18,568 nt of DNA from Armatimonadia bacterium (GTDB lineage Bacteria; Armatimonadota; Zipacnadia; Zipacnadales; UBA11051), in contig JBDKRC010000120.1 in the NCBI GenBank assembly GCA_039683575.1, forward strand, positions 1 to 18,568, read 5' to 3'. The position numbers and the translations under genes are program-made. Shown in pieces: positions 1 through 8,647 of this stretch. Each line of letters starts with the position of its first letter. The stretch's first letter is position 1. The notes beneath the pieces are model-generated. The model searched no databases, was not told the origin of the DNA, and saw nothing but the letters and a program-made list of their open reading frames with translations.

Positions 1-115
1 TGGCGGCCTGTAGCCCCGCCCAGTCAGCTGCATTGATCGTCGCCGCCATGCCCCCGCTGCAGACCAGCAGGAGCGCCAGACACGCACCCAACCCCAACCT
101 GATATCACTTCTCAT
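1..115 (-). CDS. Secreted protein, N-terminal part only (runs off the window), paralogous to the 319-2454 protein
   Basis: Not in the ORF track. ATG at 115 is preceded by a GGGAGG SD. It translates as MRSDIRLGLGACLALLLVCSGGMAATINAADWAGLQAA, a signal peptide matching LLLICSAGMAGTLNVPGSYGSIQAA of the upstream gene. Confidence 0.85.
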   Translation of the reverse strand, partial: MRSDIRLGLGACLALLLVCSGGMAATINAADWAGLQAA

Positions 116-277
116 GCGCATTCCCTCCCAATACCGGTACCCGCTGTCCGGTCGCTCCGGCCTTACCCGCCGTTAGCCGCCGTGACGCGTTCTCCGCCCG
201 TTCTCTGCGTTCGGGCAGGCCAGCCTCGCACTCCCGCGAAGCTCGCCTTCCCGCACGGATCCTAAGCTGATGCCGTA

Positions 278-307
278 GCGGCCCGGTGGATTGCTCCACC
301 GGGCCGC
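278..307 (-). terminator. Perfect 13-bp stem-loop (GCAA loop on the minus strand) downstream of the 711-aa gene, either a terminator or an mRNA-stabilising hairpin
   Basis: GCGGCCCGGTGGA-TTGC-TCCACCGGGCCGC lies 11 nt past the stop codon. There is no U-tract. Confidence 0.55.
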
Positions 308-318
308 CTTGGTCTCAC

Positions 319-2454
319 TTACTGCTGGGCTGAGCCGTACGTAGCGGCCCCGCCGCTGATTGTGTGCGTCAGGCCCCAGAAGCCCGACTTCCACGCCCCA
401 TCAACCAGCGTCCGCGTACCGTCGAAGGTCGCGGTCTTGCTCCCCGCGGTCGTGCCGTTGCTGTACTGGTAGGCACGGTACAACGAACCGCTGCGCAGGT
501 ACCACGTCACACGCAGGCTCGTGCTCGCCGCCGTGACCGTCACATTCGTCCCGGTGCCGCTTACTGTCACCGCAATCCCACCGTAGGTGCCGCTGCCGGT
601 GATCTCAGTCCCGGCCTGCGGGTTCGTGGCGTTGGAGCACAGGTAGAACTTCTTCGTGTCCTTGTCCCACGCCAGGATCGTTCCCGAGCCAGCTGTAGCG
701 TTCACATTCAGCGTCGCGGCTGCTGAAGTCGCGCCGCCGACTGTAGCAGTGATCCTCACGGCCTTGCCGGCGTCGCCAGCGACAGCCGTGTAGGTATAGC
801 CGGCGATGTCGCCCGCGCCATCTTCGGACCAGGTGATGTCAGCCGCTGCGGGCGTCGAGACATTGCCAGCCGCGTCCGTCGCAGTGACGACATAGGCCTG
901 CGCGTCGCCCACGTTCACCGTAGCTGCCGCTGGCGTCAGCGTCACTGCCATCGCCACGCCCGCCGTCACCGTCAGGGGCTTGGTGGCGGTCAGCGTGTTA
1001 TGGACCGCCGTGACGTTCCAAGTCCCGGCCTTGGCAGCGGTATAGATGTTCTTGGGGGCGACCGTGCTCCACGAGCCGCCGGCGCCGTACTGCACGTAGT
1101 ACGTACAAGCGCTGGTGTAGTCGACGTCGTTGTTGCCGAGGACCTTGCAGGTCACCGCTTCGCCGCTAACCACACTCGTCACAGGCGTCCCGGCTGGCTT
1201 TTCCAAAGTCAGGGTGATCGCCGTCGGTGCCGCCGCGCTCACCGTCAGGGTCCCGGTGCCGCTGGAAGGCAGGCTCGTGGCATCACCCGCGTACGCAACC
1301 GTGATTGTGCGGGGGCCGGGGGTGCCAGCGATGAGGTACGGGATGGAGGCTACGCCCGCGGCATCCGTGTCGCTGTTGCCAACCGCAACGCCCGCGACGC
1401 TGAAAGCCAGGCTCCTGCCGGGAAGCGGGTTGCCGTCACTGGTCAGTTTCGCGGACAGTTGGACCGTCTGGCCCACCGCGCCGGCAAGGCTGGTCACAGC
1501 GACCGCGGAGCCCGCCGGATTGGGGTTCGATCCCAGCCATGGGTAGTAGTCTACAAACCCAGTGGTGTCGGAGCCGCCGTCGCCAACCGCGTCGCCCAGA
1601 GCGCCCGCGGGCAGCTTGTTGCACATCGGCGGGGTGGCCGTGCCACCCTCGGGCACTTCGACGGTCCCTGTGGCATCAGCAGGTCCGTTGGCGCTACCCC
1701 ACCAGTTGTTCTCGGCATCAATGGCATTCGTGCCATACCAGGCGACGGCCACCAGGTTGCCCGTGAAGGTGTTGTTGTGAGCGACCACGCCAGTGCCGAC
1801 TGTGCCCATGCCCCAGCCCTCGAGGCTGTGGCCGCTGATCGTGTTGTTCGTCAGGGTGAGGTTGCTTTGACCATCGCACCCGATACCGACGCCCACGCCG
1901 TTGTTCTCGTGGATGAAGTTCCCGCGGATCGTGATGCCGTTGGCGGGGTTGAGGAAGATGCCGCGGAAGCAGCCGAAGATCTCGTTGCTATCAATCAGTA
2001 AGTTGTCCGCACCGCCAACAGTCTCGATCCCGTTGGCCTGCGACCCGACGACGTTCTTGATGATGCAGTTCTTGATCGTGTGCCCCGTGGAGGCGGCCAT
2101 GACACCGACACGATGCCCCCCGCTTGGGAAGCCGCCAACGATGGTGAAGCCATCAATCGTGACGTTTGCAGTGCTGGGGCTGCCGGAAGCAGCAATGTAG
2201 AACCCACCGTTGATCGTGACACCGCTGCCTTGAATGGTCAGGCCGCTCCGCGAGTGCCCGGCGTCGTTGATGGCGACGTTCTCTGTATACGGCCCGCCCG
2301 ACACCTGAATCGTGTCGCCCGCCACTGCGGCGGTCACCGCTGCCTGGATCGATCCGTAGCTCCCGGGTACATTCAGCGTCCCCGCCATGCCCGCGCTGCA
2401 AATCAGCAGCAATCCGATGCACACCACAAAGCACAATCTCGCTGTGTTTCCCAT
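319..2454 (-). CDS. Secreted protein with a right-handed beta-helix (pectin-lyase/NosD-like), Ig-like domains and an unassigned C-terminal domain
   Basis: Signal peptide, SIQAAV..A.AGDTI.V..G.Y.E cap motif, NVTIDGFTI, repeated I..N.I strands, and the IDAENNWWG...VDYYPWL closure motif. These are followed by Ala/Thr/Val-rich Ig-like repeats (TDAAGVAS, AVTLTPAAATVNVG). SD GGAGG is present. Confidence 0.85.
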   Translation of the reverse strand: MGNTARLCFVVCIGLLLICSAGMAGTLNVPGSYGSIQAAVTAAVAGDTIQVSGGPYTENVAINDAGHSRSGLTIQGSGVTINGGFYIAASGSPSTANVTIDGFTIVGGFPSGGHRVGVMAASTGHTIKNCIIKNVVGSQANGIETVGGADNLLIDSNEIFGCFRGIFLNPANGITIRGNFIHENNGVGVGIGCDGQSNLTLTNNTISGHSLEGWGMGTVGTGVVAHNNTFTGNLVAVAWYGTNAIDAENNWWGSANGPADATGTVEVPEGGTATPPMCNKLPAGALGDAVGDGGSDTTGFVDYYPWLGSNPNPAGSAVAVTSLAGAVGQTVQLSAKLTSDGNPLPGRSLAFSVAGVAVGNSDTDAAGVASIPYLIAGTPGPRTITVAYAGDATSLPSSGTGTLTVSAAAPTAITLTLEKPAGTPVTSVVSGEAVTCKVLGNNDVDYTSACTYYVQYGAGGSWSTVAPKNIYTAAKAGTWNVTAVHNTLTATKPLTVTAGVAMAVTLTPAAATVNVGDAQAYVVTATDAAGNVSTPAAADITWSEDGAGDIAGYTYTAVAGDAGKAVRITATVGGATSAAATLNVNATAGSGTILAWDKDTKKFYLCSNATNPQAGTEITGSGTYGGIAVTVSGTGTNVTVTAASTSLRVTWYLRSGSLYRAYQYSNGTTAGSKTATFDGTRTLVDGAWKSGFWGLTHTISGGAATYGSAQQ

Positions 2455-2571
2455 TGCGCCATCCCTCCTGGTACTAGAGATGCCCGGTACTACCGGCCTT
2501 ACCGCCGGCTGCGACCGTAGCTGTCCACCATTGCCCCGCTATGTCCGCCGGACGAAGGAAGCCCCCGTGTC

Positions 2572-2642
2572 TTGGGCGAGGCTTGCCTGGCGGGCGCCCA
2601 ACCGGCAAGGCCAATCGTGCTCGGACGATTCGCCTATGCCGG
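2572..2642 (-). other. Two consecutive stem-loops between the secretin and the 711-aa gene
   Basis: Nested CCGGCA/TGCCGG, AGGC/GCCT and AATCGT/ACGATT arms at 2602-2642, plus TTGGGCG/CGCCCAA at 2572-2601. They start 5 nt after the secretin stop codon. Confidence 0.45.
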
Positions 2643-2647
2643 CAGGA

Positions 2648-4177
2648 CTACTTGTTGTCGCCTGTTCCGGCGCCAACCGTCTGCACGCTTGATGGCGCGA
2701 AGCCCAAGGGACGAGACGGTGCCCCTTTGGGTGCCTGCGCGTCTATTTGGCTTTGTTCCATACTCGGCGTGGTAACCTCGGGCCACGCCCGCTCGGGCCG
2801 CCAGGTGCTGGCAGTGCCGTTCTTCAGAATGTGCGGGCGCAGGAAGATAACCACTTCCGTCTCCACATTGCTTTCGGATTTTCGCTGGAAGAGCTTGCCC
2901 AGCACCGGGATATCGCCCAACAAGGGGACCTTGGACTGGCTCATCTGCTTGAGGACCTGCGTAAGGCCGCCAATGACGATGGTCTGCGCCTCCTTGGAGC
3001 GAACCACGGTATGCACGCGCCGCTTTGCAACGATCGGCGAACCGTTGCTGCTCAGGCCGATAACATCGGACACCTCAGGATCAAGATAAATGATCAGTTC
3101 GCCATTCTCACCCACGTAGGGCTTGATTCTGAGGGTGATACCGGCATTGACTTCCTGCAGTTGGGTTGTGGGATAGATCGTGTTGCCAGTGAAGACGGAG
3201 AAGAACTGCTGGCGTCCCACGAAGAGCTCGGCTTCCCGCCCGTTGAGGGTGCTGATCCGGGGGTTAGCGCGGATGGTCGCCAGGTCCTTGCCGATGAGCA
3301 GGCGCAGGTTGGCGATATCTATCGTCGAAGCCTCGGTCCAACTCAGCGAGTTGCCGTCGCCGTTGAGGTTGCTGCTACTGCAATTGCCACTACCATTGCC
3401 GTTGCTCGTTAGCGGATCGCCGACATTGAACCCGAAGCTGTCAAAGCGCCAGTTGATGCCTAGGTCTTTCGCCTTGCCCGAACTCACCTCGACAACCATG
3501 ACCTCAATCATGACCTGCTCGGCCGGCTGATCAATGGATTTGATCTGCTCGACAATCTGCCGCAACAGTTTGTCCGGAGCCGTTACCACCAGCACGTTAT
3601 TCGCAATGTCGGACTGCACATACGCTGCATACACCGGGTTCAAAGCCTGGAATACCTCAGGGGCCTGCATCTGCCGCAAAGGCACGCGTTCGATGCTTGC
3701 CAGGCTTGAGAAGCTTGGGTTCTTGGGGTCCGCGGAGCCCACGAGGTAGTGGTCATTGACTTTCTTGTAAACATAGCCGCCACCGAACAGAATCATGTCC
3801 AGCGCCTGCTCCACCGGCACCCCGCGCAATTCGCAGCTCACTACGCCCTGCACGCTCTGATCGGGGATGATGACAACGCCGCTCTGGGCGGCCACATCGC
3901 GCAAAGCCTGCCTGATGTCCTCGTCTGCAAAGATGTTGGTGACGAAACCAGGTGTCGCCTTGATGGTCGAGGGAACGGTCGCGCCCCCCTCCGCCAAATC
4001 CACCTGCAATTGCACCTGGGCAGCAGGGGCCTGAGCCTGCAACATCGCCCCGGCAGGTGGATTGAGCGGCTTGACTTCTGCCGCGGCCTCGTCTGCGACC
4101 CCGAGCGACAGCGTCAGCAAACAGCAAAGAAGCGCCAACACCACCGCCAGCGTCACACGGGCCATATCGGATCTCAT
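2648..4177 (-). CDS. Outer-membrane secretin (PilQ/GspD family) with an STN-like N-terminal domain, about 509 aa
   Basis: Start moved to ATG 4177 (GGAGG SD, then a signal peptide). STN-like DEDIRQALRDVAAQSGV.IIPD.SVQG.V, N3-like NNVLVVTA...IKSIDQP, and secretin motifs QVMIEV.VVEV, ANPRISTLNG.EA, GITLRIKP, TIVIGGL, KVPLLGDIPVLGKLF and EVVIFLRPHI. Confidence 0.95.
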   Translation of the reverse strand: MRSDMARVTLAVVLALLCCLLTLSLGVADEAAAEVKPLNPPAGAMLQAQAPAAQVQLQVDLAEGGATVPSTIKATPGFVTNIFADEDIRQALRDVAAQSGVVIIPDQSVQGVVSCELRGVPVEQALDMILFGGGYVYKKVNDHYLVGSADPKNPSFSSLASIERVPLRQMQAPEVFQALNPVYAAYVQSDIANNVLVVTAPDKLLRQIVEQIKSIDQPAEQVMIEVMVVEVSSGKAKDLGINWRFDSFGFNVGDPLTSNGNGSGNCSSSNLNGDGNSLSWTEASTIDIANLRLLIGKDLATIRANPRISTLNGREAELFVGRQQFFSVFTGNTIYPTTQLQEVNAGITLRIKPYVGENGELIIYLDPEVSDVIGLSSNGSPIVAKRRVHTVVRSKEAQTIVIGGLTQVLKQMSQSKVPLLGDIPVLGKLFQRKSESNVETEVVIFLRPHILKNGTASTWRPERAWPEVTTPSMEQSQIDAQAPKGAPSRPLGFAPSSVQTVGAGTGDNK

Positions 4178-4265
4178 GAACGAATACCTCCTGGAGTAAG
4201 CCTGATGCCAAAGCTCTTGCTCGAATATGTCGCCAAACGCACCGCGTCTGATCGTACCGTTTGTG

Positions 4266-6065
4266 CTAACCCAGCGCCTGCCCGCCAGCCAGACCACCCT
4301 GTTCCGGTGCCTGGGGTTTGGGCTGCTCAGGTTTCGCAGGTGGCGGCGGCGCCGAAGGGTCGTGCAGCTTGATGTTGAAGGAACGTTGCTGTACCGTCGT
4401 GCCCCCATAGTCGACTGTCACGGCCGCCGTATACTGCCCCGGCTGAAACTGCGTTGCCGGCAGTTCAAACCACACTATCCGCTCGCGACCCGGCAGAATG
4501 AGTACCTTGTTAGCTTCATCATTGCCCTGCGTGCGCTCTGCCTGAAACGCCGGGTTCTCAATCCCGGCCAGACGCAGGTTCACGGTCGGCAGAAAGTGTA
4601 CATTGCCGACATTGCGCACCGGCACCCCCACCCTTACGATCCCCGGCAACTCCGGACGCACATCCACCTGCAGGACCCCGATATCGGCTTTGAGTTGCCC
4701 CCGCCCAGCCTGCGAGGCGATAACCAGGACCCCTGTCTCACCAATCACCTCATCCTGCGTCACCCGGGCAATAGCATCCAGTTGCCGCGCCCGGAAGCGC
4801 ACGAGCCCCACCAGGTCGTTGGCGTGCGCCAGGTCATAGGCCGGGGCAGCCGCATAGGACACGCGCCGGCTTTTGCCGGGGGGCAGCGAGAACTGCTGCG
4901 GGCCGATGCTGAGCCAGGACGCCGCCGAACTCGCCGGCGTGGCATTCTGGCTGGGCACCAGCACCCCGTCCCCGTCCATCGTCACATCCATCAGGGCGGT
5001 CTCCACCTGCAGTGGCACCGCCTCGTTATTCGTTACCTTGATCGTTCCCGTGCGCACCCCACCCGGTGCCACTCTTAGTGTCTCCAGTTCCTTCTCTACC
5101 GTCACCGCCAGCCCGATCGTCTGCGTCGCGAAGGCGCCCGTCTCGGACTGGAAGGCGTCAGCCGCCTCATCTGCCGTCACCGCCAGCGGCACCTCGGCGG
5201 TCGCTGCCCGGCTTGGCGCGTAGTCCAAGCGAATCTGGGCTACATAGTCTCCGGTGGGCAGGGGGCGGCTGACAGGCATGTACATGTCAAGATGCCGGCC
5301 GGGATAGATGACCTTGCGCGTCCCATACTCCTTCTGCCCCAGCCGCCACCGTTCCATCAGCCCTACGTTCGCCCGCCGTAGCAGCGCCCATCCATAGCCA
5401 TAGATCATCACGTTCCCGGTGTTGCGCACTCGCGCCACCAGCCAGCGCTTGTAGGGCGAGGTCTTCTTGGTCAAGCCCGAATTCGGAGGCGGGTCGGAGG
5501 TCAGGAAAAGACTCTCGATCTTCGCCCCCGGCACCGCTGTCCCCGGCACCGCGTAGTGGAAGATCACCCCGAAGGAGACCCGTGTCACCACGAACGCCTG
5601 ATTCTCCCGCGTGGGGGCGATGGGCACGTTCTTGGGCGGCGCGCCCGAGGCCACCACAATGGCATGACCCGAGCCCTTGGTGTTGCCCGGTACCAGCATC
5701 GTCACCTTGACCTTTACTTCCTTGCCCGGCATGATCGTCAGTTCACTCTGGTCGAGCTTGAGCCAGCGTGCGGCCGAATATTCATAGGCCCCGGCGTCAC
5801 CGAACTCCAGCGCCCCCGTCGGCGTCTGCAAGGCATCGGCAACCCATAGCCACACTTTTGCGGGGCGCAGGGTGTCGAAATTGCGGACGTAGAGGTCAAA
5901 GCTGCGCCGGGCCCCGGCCGGGCCCGTCAAGTCTATCAATTGTGGCCGGACGCCGATGGAAAAGCCCCCCAACGGCGACCCGCCCTGCTGCGCGCCTGCG
6001 CCCGCGGCAGCCGAAATGCAAAAAAAGATGGCCAGCCAATTCTTAAGACTCATTGTTGCTCTCAT
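4266..6065 (-). CDS. Putative pilus-assembly chaperone-like protein (PapD-like or DUF916/DUF3324-like Ig domains), internally duplicated
   Basis: Signal peptide and two similar halves: SAARWL...IMPGKEVKV...VRNTGNV...IYPG...PTGDYVA.I..DY, and SAASWL...LPPGKSRRV...VRNVGNV...ILPG...QPGQYTA.V..DY. Pro-rich tail. ATGA overlap with the upstream stop at 6062-6065. Confidence 0.7.
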   Translation of the reverse strand: MRATMSLKNWLAIFFCISAAAGAGAQQGGSPLGGFSIGVRPQLIDLTGPAGARRSFDLYVRNFDTLRPAKVWLWVADALQTPTGALEFGDAGAYEYSAARWLKLDQSELTIMPGKEVKVKVTMLVPGNTKGSGHAIVVASGAPPKNVPIAPTRENQAFVVTRVSFGVIFHYAVPGTAVPGAKIESLFLTSDPPPNSGLTKKTSPYKRWLVARVRNTGNVMIYGYGWALLRRANVGLMERWRLGQKEYGTRKVIYPGRHLDMYMPVSRPLPTGDYVAQIRLDYAPSRAATAEVPLAVTADEAADAFQSETGAFATQTIGLAVTVEKELETLRVAPGGVRTGTIKVTNNEAVPLQVETALMDVTMDGDGVLVPSQNATPASSAASWLSIGPQQFSLPPGKSRRVSYAAAPAYDLAHANDLVGLVRFRARQLDAIARVTQDEVIGETGVLVIASQAGRGQLKADIGVLQVDVRPELPGIVRVGVPVRNVGNVHFLPTVNLRLAGIENPAFQAERTQGNDEANKVLILPGRERIVWFELPATQFQPGQYTAAVTVDYGGTTVQQRSFNIKLHDPSAPPPPAKPEQPKPQAPEQGGLAGGQALG

Positions 6066-7366
6066 TCGGCGTAAGTCAGGGTGATATCAACTACCTGGCG
6101 GTAGTTGCCCGCGACGTCCTGTTGCCCCCGCTGCAAGATGCGTTCGATGAAGCAGATGGCGGCGGCGCCCCCGGTCTCGGAGCCGGTGAACTGATCCCGC
6201 TCCACCAGCATTTCGAGGTCCGTCGTCCCGGCAATGTCGGCGCCCGTCCAGGCGTCCTTTGCGCTGGGCGAGAGCCACCCCGCTTCGGCGCCCCCCCACC
6301 CGGTCCACTGGTCGAAGTCAGTCTCCTCGCCGGTCGTCGGGCTCTCAAATACAGTCTCCCCCGGTGTCAGAAACTTGCCGCGCAGCGCGACCTTCCACTG
6401 TGTCTTAAGCTCATAGCGAGGGTCGGTCCCCGGCTTGCGCGTGTCCTTACCCGTAAAAGGTGTCCCGTCAGGAGCACAGTGCGTCAGGTGCCCCCCCATC
6501 TTCACTGACAGCTTCAGGCGCGCCGGCGCGGCGATTTCCAGGTACCCCACGTCATACCCGCCCACTCCCGGTATCGTCGCCGTCGGCGGCCAGTCGCTGG
6601 CTGGTGACCCTGAGGCAATCACCGTGGCCGGGGTCGTCGTCGTGCCCGCGATGGGGTTCAGCGCCCCGAAGCTGATCCAGTTGTCCCACACACTCACTGC
6701 GGCCTCGGTTCGCGGCCCGGTGAACTGCAGGTTGTCCAGGGCGAAGAAGTCACCCGGGAAAGCTGCCAGCGTGTAGAAATCTACCGTCTTGATGTTGCGG
6801 ACGTCGGAAATGCAGCCAAAGAACCTCGCGGTGGTCCCGCTCTCCCCGCCCCCACCAAACACAAAGGGCGAGCCCGGCAGCAGAGCGCCCGCGCCGTCGT
6901 ACAGCGCCACGTACAGCGTGACGCTCACATCAAGCTGGTAGCCGCCAATGCTCTTGACCCCGCCATCGAAGGTCACCCGCATCCCATAGGGTCGCGGATC
7001 GCCGCCCAGCCCCTGGATCGCTCCCAAAGCATGGGCGTCGAGCGGCTGAGAGCTGTCCAATCCGGCCAAGTCTCTCACCTGGGGCGACGCGCCACCGTAG
7101 GGCCCCGCCGAAAAGTGCGCGCCCAGACTCGCGTATTGCTCCTCGATGACCGTGCCGGCAGGGTAGCTCTCGAAATTGGTGCTGACTTCATACCAGGCCA
7201 GCGCGTTGTGGTAGGTACTAGCGTCAGTATAGCTGGTCACTGCCGCTGAGCCGGGCGTCAGTGTAACCAGCATCACGATAGCAACCGACAGCCATCCCGC
7301 CGCGCGGGCGCAGCGTCGCGCCGTGTGTGGAAGTCCCTTTGATTGTCGCGCGGCGAAGATGGCCAT
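6062..7366 (-). CDS. Putative tip adhesin: N-terminal beta-sandwich (lectin-like) domain plus C-terminal pilin-like domain
   Basis: Signal peptide. The N-domain (NFESYPAG...YASLGAHFS...VTFD...FFG...FALDNLQF) resembles small secreted beta-sandwich domains. The C-terminal ~215 aa are clearly paralogous to 7416-8396 (DNWI.FG, MGG.LT.C, DTR, GKFL, RIL.RG.QDVAGNYR...ITLTY). Confidence 0.7.
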   Translation of the reverse strand: MAIFAARQSKGLPHTARRCARAAGWLSVAIVMLVTLTPGSAAVTSYTDASTYHNALAWYEVSTNFESYPAGTVIEEQYASLGAHFSAGPYGGASPQVRDLAGLDSSQPLDAHALGAIQGLGGDPRPYGMRVTFDGGVKSIGGYQLDVSVTLYVALYDGAGALLPGSPFVFGGGGESGTTARFFGCISDVRNIKTVDFYTLAAFPGDFFALDNLQFTGPRTEAAVSVWDNWISFGALNPIAGTTTTPATVIASGSPASDWPPTATIPGVGGYDVGYLEIAAPARLKLSVKMGGHLTHCAPDGTPFTGKDTRKPGTDPRYELKTQWKVALRGKFLTPGETVFESPTTGEETDFDQWTGWGGAEAGWLSPSAKDAWTGADIAGTTDLEMLVERDQFTGSETGGAAAICFIERILQRGQQDVAGNYRQVVDITLTYAE

Positions 7367-7415
7367 CGGTTGCCTCGGGTACGGCTCAGTTACGAAGGGT
7401 GCGAATCAGGTCTGC

Positions 7416-8396
7416 TTACTTGACTGTCGGCTGCCACTGCGTGTCGGCTTCCCGATAGGTCAGGGTGATCATCATGTCGGAGCGGTAGTTGCCGGCGACG
7501 TCCTGCAGGCCACGACGCAGAATGCGCTGGGTCCACCAAATCTCGGCGGCCTCGCCGGTGCCGCCAGTCTGTGCCTGGCCGCGCTCGACTACGAGGTTCA
7601 GGAGCGGGAGTTGGGCCGCCATCGCGACCGGGCCAGCGGCAGTCCCGGTCCAGGGATCGTTGCTCTCATCAGGCTCAAACCAGCCATCTTCATTGTTGAT
7701 GGCGTTGACGCCGGCGCCCCAGTTGGTCCAGTCGTTGTAGTCGGTGGCGGTAAGGGAGGTCGGGGACACATAGGGTGTGCCCTCAGCATCCTGCGCGGGA
7801 TCGGCTGGGCCCGCATTGGCAAGGAACTTGCCATGCATAACCATCTTCGCCTGATTGCGAAGCTGATAGAAATAACCGTCGGCCCGTCGGGTATCAGAGC
7901 CGACGAAGTCCGCACCTGTGCTGGTGCAGCGCGTCAGGTAGCCGCCCATTGTCATCTGCAGGTCGAGACGGGCGTTGGTCTGAATCTGAAGGCCCGCGAG
8001 ATCGAAGTTCAGCGTGCTCGAATTGACTTCATATAGCGGGGTCTGGCCGCCATCTTCGCCAGTCAGAGCATAGGTGGCCTCACCGGCTTCGGAGAACGCC
8101 CAGCGGCTGACCGGAGCGGCATATGAGCCAGAGGTCGGGCTCATGATTCCAAAGTCGATCCAGTTGTCATAGGTGCTGACGCGGGCATAGGCCTCGATCC
8201 AGCCATTGATTAGGATGTCATACTTGCCAGTCGCCGGGTCGCCCACTACACTGGTGCCCTGCACCTGCGCGGCCGGAATCGGCGGGACATTGGCGGCGTC
8301 CGCTTCCTGCAGGGGCACTGCGCCACCGATAGCCTGCGCCATCGCGGCGCCTGCCACCAGCATCATCACTACTACCAAAAGCAACGTCTTCTTCAT
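7416..8396 (-). CDS. Putative major fimbrial subunit (donor-strand type pilin-like protein)
   Basis: Strong GGAGG SD and Sec signal (MKKTLLLVVVMMLVAGAAMA-Q). Alternating strand YDILINGWIEAY, IDFG, QIQTN and a terminal AGNY....ITLTY motif typical of class 5/Csu/WxL-type pilin folds. Confidence 0.7.
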   Translation of the reverse strand: MKKTLLLVVVMMLVAGAAMAQAIGGAVPLQEADAANVPPIPAAQVQGTSVVGDPATGKYDILINGWIEAYARVSTYDNWIDFGIMSPTSGSYAAPVSRWAFSEAGEATYALTGEDGGQTPLYEVNSSTLNFDLAGLQIQTNARLDLQMTMGGYLTRCTSTGADFVGSDTRRADGYFYQLRNQAKMVMHGKFLANAGPADPAQDAEGTPYVSPTSLTATDYNDWTNWGAGVNAINNEDGWFEPDESNDPWTGTAAGPVAMAAQLPLLNLVVERGQAQTGGTGEAAEIWWTQRILRRGLQDVAGNYRSDMMITLTYREADTQWQPTVK

Positions 8397-8647
8397 AACT
8401 ATCCCTCCATCAGTATTTGCCGGAACCGAGCCCCGGGCTCAACTATCCGGCTCATCTGCACAGATCATCACGTCCGGCTACGCTTTTCGTCGTGTCTTTG
8501 CACACCTGTCCGATGCCAGACCCCCTTTCCCACAGGATTCAGCGGAATGGACGTCCCCGGCTGCCATCCCCTCTGCCCCCGCCCGGGTGTTTGCATCCCA
8601 GGCACGCCGCTGATATCCGCTGATCCAGCGTGCCGGGCTTACGCCTG

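Noticed and set aside
1000-2001. 333-aa plus-strand ORF and other long antisense ORFs (4227-5078, 7323-8036, 11886-12560, 16501-17325)
   Set aside because: These are Arg/Gly/Pro-rich shadow frames of well-supported opposite-strand genes in GC-rich DNA.
3350-3412. Asn/Gly/Ser-rich segment in the secretin (SNGNGSGNCSSSNLNGDGNS)
   Set aside because: Low-complexity loops are common in secretins, and this is not a separate repeat element.
4195-4211. sigma54-like TGGCAT-N5-TTAC before the secretin
   Set aside because: The -12 element is mismatched and lies too close to the SD to leave room for a transcription start.
4178-4408. 77-aa N-terminal extension of the secretin ORF in the track
   Set aside because: It overlaps the upstream gene and precedes a clear SD, ATG and signal peptide at 4177.
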